DNA from: Campylobacterota bacterium
GTDB taxonomy: Bacteria; Campylobacterota; Campylobacteria; Campylobacterales; Sulfurimonadaceae
DNA: 21,558 nt
NCBI GenBank assembly: GCA_034661055.1
Contig: JAYEKO010000021.1
Span: forward strand, 1-21,558
Direction of reading: 5' to 3'
The position numbers and the translations under genes were made by a program. This document shows positions 1-6,955 of this stretch, piece after piece (position 1 is the first letter of the stretch; the number at the start of each line of letters is the position of its first letter). The notes under the pieces are model-generated. The model did no database searches. It had not been told where the DNA came from and worked only from the letters and a program-made list of their open reading frames with translations.

Positions 1-103
1 ATAGGTAACTATAAATTGTAATTTGGTGATGTTTCTTAATTGTTAATGTAAAATTTAAGATGATGTTAGATATTATTATATGTATTAATTTTAAAGGATT
101 AGA

Positions 104-436
104 ATGAAAAAAGTTATTTTACTAGCTGCAACAGTTGCTTTAACAAGTTCAGTATACGCTCAAGATATGGTGGGGGCTGTTACTGATGTCATGAAAACTA
201 AAATTGAAGCTGACGCAAAGGTTGCAATGTCAAAAAAAGCAAAAGTTACAGTAGATAACTCAACATTAAAAACTAAAACTAAAATTGGTAAGGATGCGAT
301 TGTAGTTGGTAATACTGGTATTGTAGCTGTTGGTGAAGAAGTTGAAATTAGTAATTCTACTATAGATACTGATACTGAAATTGATAGAAATGCAATAGTA
401 GTTGGTAATACTGGTGTTGTTCTAGGTGCACACTAA
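104..436 (+). CDS. Small secreted beta-repeat protein (candidate amyloid-like/beta-solenoid fibre subunit)
   Basis: RBS AAAGGA at 93-98. Sec signal MKKVILLAATVALTSSVYA-Q. The C-terminal 64 aa are two tandem 32-aa repeats (aa47-78, aa79-110) sharing NST and AIVVGNTG(I/V)V. The CDS is well supported; the function is inferred. Confidence 0.7.
   Translation: MKKVILLAATVALTSSVYAQDMVGAVTDVMKTKIEADAKVAMSKKAKVTVDNSTLKTKTKIGKDAIVVGNTGIVAVGEEVEISNSTIDTDTEIDRNAIVVGNTGVVLGAH
242..433 (+). repeat. Intragenic tandem duplication, 2 x 96 bp (2 x 32 aa)
   Basis: KVTVDNSTLKTKTKIGKDAIVVGNTGIVAVGE vs EVEISNSTIDTDTEIDRNAIVVGNTGVVLGAH, 16/32 identical. The 18-mer gtagttggtaatactggt occurs at 302-319 and 398-415, exactly 96 nt apart. 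Confidence 0.95.
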
Positions 437-439
437 ATA

Positions 440-471
440 TTAAATAAGAGGCGAACCTACCTCTTATTTAA
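440..471. terminator. Hairpin between convergent genes, probable bidirectional terminator
   Basis: Perfect 12-bp inverted repeat TTAAATAAGAGG (440-451) / CCTCTTATTTAA (460-471) with an 8-nt loop that contains the stop codon of the 457..1191 gene. Confidence 0.7.
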
Positions 472-1191
472 AGACACTTGCTGAATTAAATCATACATAC
501 TTGCTTGTAGTAGTTTTCTAACAGAAAGACCAACTCCATCTTTAATTGTTTTATAACCACTCATACCGATTCCACCTTTATTAATGGATACTCCAAAACT
601 GTAACCACGAGTTGTTGTTCTTAAATCAATTTGACTAGAGGTTTTATATGCAATAAAGCCACCTTGGCGTAGGTAGAAATCTATACCCAAAATTGAGAGT
701 TTATCTTTATCTTTAAAGTCACTATCAGAACTACCTTCACCCTCCCCGCTACCAAAATCAAAACCAAAATCAAAGCCTGATGATTGACTCATAATATCTT
801 TATCATATCTTGTAATAGCACCATCTAAAACATAGACTTGAGACGCTATTTCCGGGTCTTGTAACATACTAACTGCAGTAGCAAAACTATCTACTACTTG
901 TACTTTTTGTCCAAAATCACTAAGTATACTTGTAAGCAGTGTTCTTACCTTTGGAGGTAATTCACCAGCTCCAGAACCAGCCATATTACGAGAACCGTCC
1001 TTATCAATATAGATATATATAGTCTCTACATTGCTTCTGTTTAGCTTCTGTGCAAACTGTGATATTTGATTGTACTCTTTTGTATGCACAGAACTAATTG
1101 ATTGTTCTTGATGAACAACTGTAGGTGTTGGTGCACATCCTACAAAGATTACACTTGCTAATAAACTTAAGCTAAGTATAGATTTTTTCAT
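457..1191 (-). CDS. CsgG/HfaB-like outer-membrane lipoprotein (paralog A)
   Basis: Lipobox FVGC (Cys19). The motif YVLDGAITRYD is followed by a Gly/aromatic beta-hairpin (SGFDFGFDFG), a second hairpin (GYSFGVSINKGGIGMSGY) and a C-terminal helix (GLSVRKLLQASMYDLI). This order matches CsgG-family topology. Confidence 0.7.
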   Translation of the reverse strand: MKKSILSLSLLASVIFVGCAPTPTVVHQEQSISSVHTKEYNQISQFAQKLNRSNVETIYIYIDKDGSRNMAGSGAGELPPKVRTLLTSILSDFGQKVQVVDSFATAVSMLQDPEIASQVYVLDGAITRYDKDIMSQSSGFDFGFDFGSGEGEGSSDSDFKDKDKLSILGIDFYLRQGGFIAYKTSSQIDLRTTTRGYSFGVSINKGGIGMSGYKTIKDGVGLSVRKLLQASMYDLIQQVSLNKR

Positions 1192-1216
1192 TTTCTCTCC
1201 TCGAGTTGTGATACCC

Positions 1217-1819
1217 TTAGTTTAAAGGGTTGTCACTGTCATTTTGTAAAAAATCTTTGGCCATGTCCATGCCAATCTCTTCGACAAAACCGTTATTTCC
1301 AACTTCACTGTTTTGGATTATTGTATTTGATTTATATTCTGCACCATCAGTAAAATTTCCATAGCCTGAACTACTTTTGGTTACAACACCTGTATTTGTC
1401 TTTTGTTTAGAGTAACCATCTTTAAGAGTACTGTTTTTTACAACAGTGTGAATCTCAATATCAATATCTGAGTTTTGGTCAACAAAAATACCCAAGTTTA
1501 TATCAAATTCACAGTCTGAGCTATTGTTAGCTGATGTTCTTCTCCAGTCAGTATTTACGTTTTTAATTATCTTATAAATGACATATTTTTTTGTTTTGGG
1601 ACTACACTCATTTATATCTTCATGTAACTTATTTTTGTGCTCATTCCAGTCATTATTTCCATCTATTTCTATGTAAACATTGCAAATTCTGCTATTTGAA
1701 GAGTGCTTTTTTGCCTTAGATTTAATTCGCACTTGTTTGTAATTACTGTTTACACTGCCAAAATCTTCTGAGTATAGAGTTTGTAAAAGTAGTAATAAGA
1801 TGAGTGTAAGCTTTATCAT
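1217..1819 (-). CDS. Secreted protein with degenerate NST(L)...N(T/L)G(V/I) repeats (candidate minor subunit/nucleator)
   Basis: Sec signal MIKLTLILLLLLQTLYS-E. Asn/Ser-rich. Segments IIKNVNT..INLGIFV, VVKNSTLK..TNTGVV and IIQNSEV resemble the 104..436 repeat. Confidence 0.55.
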   Translation of the reverse strand: MIKLTLILLLLLQTLYSEDFGSVNSNYKQVRIKSKAKKHSSNSRICNVYIEIDGNNDWNEHKNKLHEDINECSPKTKKYVIYKIIKNVNTDWRRTSANNSSDCEFDINLGIFVDQNSDIDIEIHTVVKNSTLKDGYSKQKTNTGVVTKSSSGYGNFTDGAEYKSNTIIQNSEVGNNGFVEEIGMDMAKDFLQNDSDNPLN

Positions 1820-1821
1820 TT

Positions 1822-2985
1822 TTATTTAACCATTATCTTTTCAATTTCAACTCTATTTTTTATAAATTTACAGTAATCATCAGTTTTGTCACAGCCGTCA
1901 TCAACATATTTATTTTCCATAATCAGCATATTTCTGGGTATGCCAATCTTAGATATCTCTCGTCTAATAAACTGTGCATTTCTATGAGCAGTTGTCATAT
2001 CCAAGTTATCTCTCATCATGCTTTTTAGTTTAATAATATACTTTTTATCTTTGGCTTTATCGTAGAGGTCTTTTAGACATAGAAGTTTGTTTTTTTCACT
2101 CTCAAAACTCATTCCAAAAGATTTAAATTTAATATCTTGTAGAGGATGTACATATAAGACTATTCTATTCATATCACTACAAAAATCATAATTACTTAAG
2201 TGAGTCGGTTTTTTTGCCAATTTTTCTGCTTGGACCTCTGGCATAACTTGAAAACTTTTGACCCCAATTGCTTTTGCTACCAAGTCTATTAAACTTCCTT
2301 CAACAAGCTTACGAACAGAGAGGCCTAAACCATCTTTTAGATTTTTATAACTACTTATTCCTAATGATAAACCGTGAAGGTTTAGTCCAAAATCGTAGCC
2401 TTTATTTGTCTCACGAATTATTATGCTGCTAGTTGTTTTATGCTTAATGAGATGGTTCTGTTTTAGATACATATCACCAATAAGTTGAGACTCTTTAGTC
2501 TTGTTTTTAAAACGGTCTCTATTTTTTACTTTTTTATCATCTTCACCAAGACGCAGACTTAAGTTTGTTGATGAGCTCTGAGATAATATTCCTTGATCGT
2601 AGGTAGTGATAGCTCCATCTAAGATATAGACTCTATGAGCAGTAGAACTATTATTAGCATATTCATTTATTTTTGCAGCAGAAGTTACTACATGAACCTT
2701 CTCTCCAAAATCAGAAAGTAGGCTATGAGTCATTTTTTTAATATTTGGCATATCAGTTGTTGGAACTTCAGATCTTGAACTAAAGTTAATGAAGATATAG
2801 ATAGGCTCAATATTTTCTTTTTCCATCATTCTTCGAAATTCATTAATCTTATAATGATTAGCTGTTACAGTTTGAGTGACATACTGTTTTTTCTGCTCAA
2901 CTACAGGTTTAGGAGCCACCTCTTTACAGCCACTAATTAGTAAGAGAAGTAGACTTACAGTTAATATATTAATTTTACATCTCAT
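1822..2985 (-). CDS. CsgG/HfaB-like lipoprotein (paralog B) with C-terminal degenerate OmpA-like domain
   Basis: Lipobox ISGC (Cys20). Collinear with 457..1191 (LSDFG, VYILDGAITTYD, SQSS, KDGLGLSVRKLV). The C-terminus HRNAQFIRREISKIGIPRNML...C..C...KNRVEI resembles the OmpA_C pattern RA..V...L...GI...NRRVEI. Confidence 0.7.
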   Translation of the reverse strand: MRCKINILTVSLLLLLISGCKEVAPKPVVEQKKQYVTQTVTANHYKINEFRRMMEKENIEPIYIFINFSSRSEVPTTDMPNIKKMTHSLLSDFGEKVHVVTSAAKINEYANNSSTAHRVYILDGAITTYDQGILSQSSSTNLSLRLGEDDKKVKNRDRFKNKTKESQLIGDMYLKQNHLIKHKTTSSIIIRETNKGYDFGLNLHGLSLGISSYKNLKDGLGLSVRKLVEGSLIDLVAKAIGVKSFQVMPEVQAEKLAKKPTHLSNYDFCSDMNRIVLYVHPLQDIKFKSFGMSFESEKNKLLCLKDLYDKAKDKKYIIKLKSMMRDNLDMTTAHRNAQFIRREISKIGIPRNMLIMENKYVDDGCDKTDDYCKFIKNRVEIEKIMVK

Positions 2986-3508
2986 CTATAGGATCTTTGT
3001 TGAAGTTTTTAATAAACAGTTCAAACTTATCTACTTTGTTTCTTTTGTCTGTAATGCCATATCTTTTCATAACCTCTATGGACTCTAGAGCATTAGACTC
3101 ATAAGCATACCACTTTATAGAATAGTCACGGTTATCTACTATATTTACATCAGCTCCATACTCAAGAAGTATGTCAACAATATCTGCATAGTTGTTTTTT
3201 ACAGCACCAAATATTGCAGTTTCATCATCTATATTTCTATGATTAATGTCGGCATCATTATTTATTAAGATCTTTACAATATTGTAACTGTTTCCTTTTA
3301 CTGCATGAAATAGTAGTGTCTCTTCATTAGCATCTTTAAAGTCTATATCATCAACAGTTTTTAGTTGAGATTTAAACTCTTTACTTCTATTATTTTGAGC
3401 AAGCTCTATTAGTAAGATTTTATTCTCTTGGAGTTCAAGAAAACCTTTTTGCAAATCTTGAGCATATATAATAGTGTTTATAAGTAAAAATAGAAAAAAT
3501 TTACTAAT
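2975..3508 (-). CDS. Ankyrin-repeat protein, probably exported; start likely ATT at 3508 (ORF track uses TTG 3454)
   Basis: Ankyrin repeats ETLLFHAV...IVKILINNDADINHRN and ETAIFGAV...IVDILLEYGADVNIVD. The in-frame upstream extension reads (M)SKFFLFLLINTIIYA-QD, with GAGGG at 3520-3516. Confidence 0.85.
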   Translation of the reverse strand: MSKFFLFLLINTIIYAQDLQKGFLELQENKILLIELAQNNRSKEFKSQLKTVDDIDFKDANEETLLFHAVKGNSYNIVKILINNDADINHRNIDDETAIFGAVKNNYADIVDILLEYGADVNIVDNRDYSIKWYAYESNALESIEVMKRYGITDKRNKVDKFELFIKNFNKDPIDEM

Positions 3509-3893
3509 TGCTTATCCCTCTAATGTAGACCTTAAAAGAGTCTATTTTTGGAGTAATTGCTAGGCTTTTTAGAACTATTGTATCTTTAGAGTCAATTGCT
3601 ACTTTTTTCCATTTAGAGTACTGCTTAGCCATCTCAAACCCACCTACATCATACCATATGAATTTATATTCCAAGTTGTGTTGATGTCTGTCCTTATTTC
3701 TTATACTTACTCTTGCATCTAATAAGTCAGCTACAAAACGAGAATTAGACCCAAGTATCTCAATATTGTAAGATAGTGGAATGTTATTGATAACCACTTC
3801 ATCTGTATAACTGTCTAAAGTATTGCTACTTGTGTTATCTGCTTGAAGCGTCAAGCAAGAGATAAACAGAGTTAAAATTAATAATTTTTTCAT
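3504..3893 (-). CDS. YcfL/DUF1425-family periplasmic protein
   Basis: Signal peptide MKKLLILTLFISCLTLQA-D. Family-like pattern IRN...LEYKFIWYDVGGFE...WKKVAI...LKSLAITPKIDSFKVYI. Confidence 0.8.
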   Translation of the reverse strand: MKKLLILTLFISCLTLQADNTSSNTLDSYTDEVVINNIPLSYNIEILGSNSRFVADLLDARVSIRNKDRHQHNLEYKFIWYDVGGFEMAKQYSKWKKVAIDSKDTIVLKSLAITPKIDSFKVYIRGISN

Positions 3894-3907
3894 TTTTAAC
3901 CTTTTTT

Positions 3908-4360
3908 CTAGTAAGTGGCGTCAGTTTTCTTTATTTTTTCAATTTTTTCAATACAGTTGTTACCACATTCGATATTAATTAATACATCTTTTGCTTTATA
4001 GTTTGGAGCACTTAAGACAACACGAGTTGCTGTGTGTGGCCTAAGTTTAACTCTTTTTGCTATATTTCTATCTAGCTGTATCTTTCCTCTGCTATCAGTC
4101 CATTCTGATCCAATAGAGATATTTAAGTTAACATCACTATTGTTATTATGAATAATTAATTGAGCCTCTTTTTTATATTTACCATTAATGAGTCTGGCGT
4201 TGGCAATTTCTATGTTCTTTTTTAGTGCAGTGTTATAGACAATAACACTTATACCCTCTGGATAATCTATCTCATTTACCTTAGTAACCTGTGGAGCACT
4301 GGAAGCACATCCTGAAAATAGAATAACGAATGCCCAGGTAAGTAAAAATAATTTTTTCAT
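3908..4360 (-). CDS. YcfL/DUF1425-like lipoprotein
   Basis: Lipobox FSGC (Cys18). Pattern IHN...SEWTDSRG...VKLRP...LSAPNYKAKDVLINI parallels the adjacent YcfL-like gene. Confidence 0.7.
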   Translation of the reverse strand: MKKLFLLTWAFVILFSGCASSAPQVTKVNEIDYPEGISVIVYNTALKKNIEIANARLINGKYKKEAQLIIHNNNSDVNLNISIGSEWTDSRGKIQLDRNIAKRVKLRPHTATRVVLSAPNYKAKDVLINIECGNNCIEKIEKIKKTDATY

Positions 4361-4371
4361 AATAGAATCCT

Positions 4372-5580
4372 TTATTGAAATTGTACTGTTAGTATAGTGT
4401 CTGACTCATCTGTGACCTGAATAGGGATCTCAATACTATCAGCTAAGTCATATAGCTCGTATTTTAAGTTTTCTATATCAATCTCTTCGTCTGAACCAAA
4501 GTTATACACCTGTTCAAAATCTGTACTCTCAGATCTGTTCTTTCTAAGTTTAACACCTACACTTGCAACAGTGTCTTTAACAATTTTTATTTTTGCTCTG
4601 TCACCTCTGTCATTTGTAAGACCACGCATAATAACAGTATACATGTATTCATTTTTATTAAATTTAGAAAATTTCTTTGTATCTTCTTTTTTGGTGATGC
4701 TGTTTAAGATGTTGCTGGTGATCTCTTTAGATACATTCTTCCCGCCAATCTCAAAAAGTTTAAATTTTAAAGCTTTCTCATTCTGTGCAACACTTCTTAT
4801 TAGAGAAGACTTAATAGCATAGTCTCTCTTTCCTGTTTGAGTGTTAAGCATATGTATTCTATAGTTAAGACTCCCTTGTACCTCATTTGAAGTAGTTTTT
4901 CCCGCAAGATCCAAGTCAATCTTTTCTAATTCAAATGAGTACTGAACATCTTTATTCTCTTTACACTCATCAAGCTTCTTTTTGGCAGCTTTTACAGCAC
5001 TTTTATATGAGTTGCCTTTTTTCTTATAAGTGTTGTACTGCTCTTCAATAGCCTTACATTTATTTCCTTTAGAGCCAACAAGAGAACCCTTGGGTAGAAC
5101 AAATAAAGAGTGTCCAGAATCATTCAGGCTTGACTGAATAAAGGTAACAAAATCCTTACTGCTATCAGTATCTAGGTTATCTACTAAGGCAATTTTCAAA
5201 TTGCCCATTCTATTTTTACCCATAGTTTTTGAACTGTTTGCTTTTTGGCTCATAAAGGCTCTGATTTTTTCTACATTTATATTGGCATTAACCTGACATA
5301 CAAATCCATCTTCACCTCTCTCTTCACATTTGTGAGTTGAAAATTCAAAGTATTTTGTCTGAAACCCTATGAAATCTTTTTCAAAATCTTTTCTGAAATC
5401 TTTTTTTACATTTCCTATGTAACTCTGTTGACCTGCTATATCTTTAAGAGCTTGTTCAAAACAGCTCCAGTGTGCATTTTCAACTGCAATGTTTTTATTC
5501 ATAGATTGATTTAGTCCCATAACTGTTTTTGCACTAAGTAGAGCACTTAGTGCAATAGCCAATAAAATCTTTTTTATCAT
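4372..5580 (-). CDS. Exported protein, possible FlgT-N/LPP20-like N-terminal domain
   Basis: Signal MIKKILLAIALSALLSA-K. The N-terminal AVENA..CFEQALKDIAG...FVCQVNANINVEKI resembles FlgT-N/LPP20-type domains. The start overlaps the upstream stop (TAATG) at 5578-5582. The domain call is tentative. Confidence 0.5.
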   Translation of the reverse strand: MIKKILLAIALSALLSAKTVMGLNQSMNKNIAVENAHWSCFEQALKDIAGQQSYIGNVKKDFRKDFEKDFIGFQTKYFEFSTHKCEERGEDGFVCQVNANINVEKIRAFMSQKANSSKTMGKNRMGNLKIALVDNLDTDSSKDFVTFIQSSLNDSGHSLFVLPKGSLVGSKGNKCKAIEEQYNTYKKKGNSYKSAVKAAKKKLDECKENKDVQYSFELEKIDLDLAGKTTSNEVQGSLNYRIHMLNTQTGKRDYAIKSSLIRSVAQNEKALKFKLFEIGGKNVSKEITSNILNSITKKEDTKKFSKFNKNEYMYTVIMRGLTNDRGDRAKIKIVKDTVASVGVKLRKNRSESTDFEQVYNFGSDEEIDIENLKYELYDLADSIEIPIQVTDESDTILTVQFQ

Positions 5581-6896
5581 TATATTCCCTTACAAAAATT
5601 TTCATATATGAAAATCTTATTTTTTCTTTTTTTTTGCATTTTAGCAATATGTTTTACTGTCTTTTCTGATAACAAGTCTATGGCTTTGCGAACCGTTTTT
5701 ACAATTTCATAATCATTTCTTGTATCCATTGTTTTTGAAGAGAAATACCCATTACTTGATTCAGCAACAAAGGTATTTATATCTTTAATAACATCTTTTT
5801 CTGTACTAAGTCCATCAATAAACTTTTTGGGACCCAATTTTAAAATAACACGAGAGAGTGCAGATACATTGCAAGCCTTGTAGTTTGTGTGGTCATTCTC
5901 TTCTGTTGTAGTGTTGCTTAAATCACTTAAAAAAGCTTGAATAAGATAGCCGTTAATGTATCTGTTTCTTCCATCAAAATCTTTTGTTTCACAGGCTGGT
6001 TTGATATGTCTAATGATAATCTGTGCATCATCATCTTTTAAAGAGTTTTTGGAAAGCTCATTAATACGTATGAGATACTCATCCCAGTTCTTCAAGATAA
6101 ATTCATTAAGTACATTTGGATAGAGTAAAACTACATCATTTAGTTTCTTATTTAATCTAATCTTCTGAATTAAATTTTCCTGATACATCATAAGAAGCTG
6201 TCTTTTGGCATTTTTTTCATTTTTAAATATTGCATTTGAGAGAGATTGCAGCTTTTTACTAACTCTAAAATCATCAATTGAAAAATAGATATCATCACTC
6301 ATTAAGTTTGATGCCTCTTTATTTTCTTTATCTGCAATCATGCTGTCAAGCAACATCTCTAAAGCCTTATCAAAGCCATTTGTATAGATACTGTTAAGAG
6401 AGTCACCTTTTTCAATTGCTGCTTGAAGCAGAAGTGTAATACCGTGGGTGTAACGAGCTTCAAAGGTATTATTTGAAGTCATTCGGTTAGCCTCTTCACC
6501 TAGCTGAACAAAGGTGAGGTTAAAAGTAACTAGTCCTTGAGAGAAGCCACCAGAGGTTGTTCTCACATTTTGATAACTGTTTAAGTGAAAAAAACCAATT
6601 TTTCTGTCGCGAACATTACCTTTTTCAACAATCTCTTTTGTATTTTTAGCAAAATCATTTTTTAATATTATATTGAGCTTCTCCAATTTTTGTGAGTACT
6701 TTGTCTCTAGTAATGTATTTGCATGATTTGATAGACTCCATGCATCTATTTTAGTTTTTTTTGCTACATTATTTTTTATAAGATACAACTCTATATCTTC
6801 ATTTTTTTCAACATAAGTACCAATTAATACTGTTGAGTTTCCTGCGTACAGATTTATACTGATTAGTAAGTATAATATTAAAAAAATATTTTTCAT
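5580..6896 (-). CDS. Exported hypothetical protein (start revised to ATG 6896)
   Basis: MKNIFLILYLLISINLYA-G is a clean signal peptide with AAAAGG upstream. The ORF-track GTG at 6923 lies inside a hairpin. No family recognised. Confidence 0.7.
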   Translation of the reverse strand: MKNIFLILYLLISINLYAGNSTVLIGTYVEKNEDIELYLIKNNVAKKTKIDAWSLSNHANTLLETKYSQKLEKLNIILKNDFAKNTKEIVEKGNVRDRKIGFFHLNSYQNVRTTSGGFSQGLVTFNLTFVQLGEEANRMTSNNTFEARYTHGITLLLQAAIEKGDSLNSIYTNGFDKALEMLLDSMIADKENKEASNLMSDDIYFSIDDFRVSKKLQSLSNAIFKNEKNAKRQLLMMYQENLIQKIRLNKKLNDVVLLYPNVLNEFILKNWDEYLIRINELSKNSLKDDDAQIIIRHIKPACETKDFDGRNRYINGYLIQAFLSDLSNTTTEENDHTNYKACNVSALSRVILKLGPKKFIDGLSTEKDVIKDINTFVAESSNGYFSSKTMDTRNDYEIVKTVRKAIDLLSEKTVKHIAKMQKKRKNKIFIYENFCKGI

Positions 6897-6913
6897 GATG
6901 AACCTTTTGAGTC

Positions 6914-6950
6914 TATACTGCACATCAGCGTAGAGCTAATGTACAGTATA
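6914..6950 (-). terminator. Intercistronic 16-bp RNA stem-loop (mRNA stabiliser or partial terminator)
   Basis: TATACTGCACATCAGC-gtaga-GCTAATGTACAGTATA. The two C/A mismatches on + become G-U pairs on the minus-strand mRNA. It starts 5 nt after the stop of 6956..7858 and has no U-tract on the minus strand. Confidence 0.65.
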
Positions 6951-6955
6951 TTTTT

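Noticed and set aside
302..415. 18-bp exact direct repeat as a CRISPR or att site
   Set aside because: There are only two copies, in frame and 96 nt apart inside a CDS. The protein repeat explains it.
104..2985. Calling the locus canonical curli (csgA/csgB/csgG) or Fap
   Set aside because: The repeats are 32 aa and Gln-free, unlike the ~22-aa curlin S-x5-Q-x4-N-x5-Q pattern or the FapC NQQ motif. No CsgE/CsgF, FapF or C39 peptidase is recognisable, so gene symbols were withheld.
3452..3454. ORF-track TTG start for the ankyrin gene
   Set aside because: It has no RBS and would discard an obvious in-frame signal peptide. ATT 3508 is preferred.
6897..6923. ORF-track GTG start (MQYRLKRFI extension)
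   Set aside because: It lies within the stem-loop. ATG 6896 has an RBS and begins a typical signal peptide.
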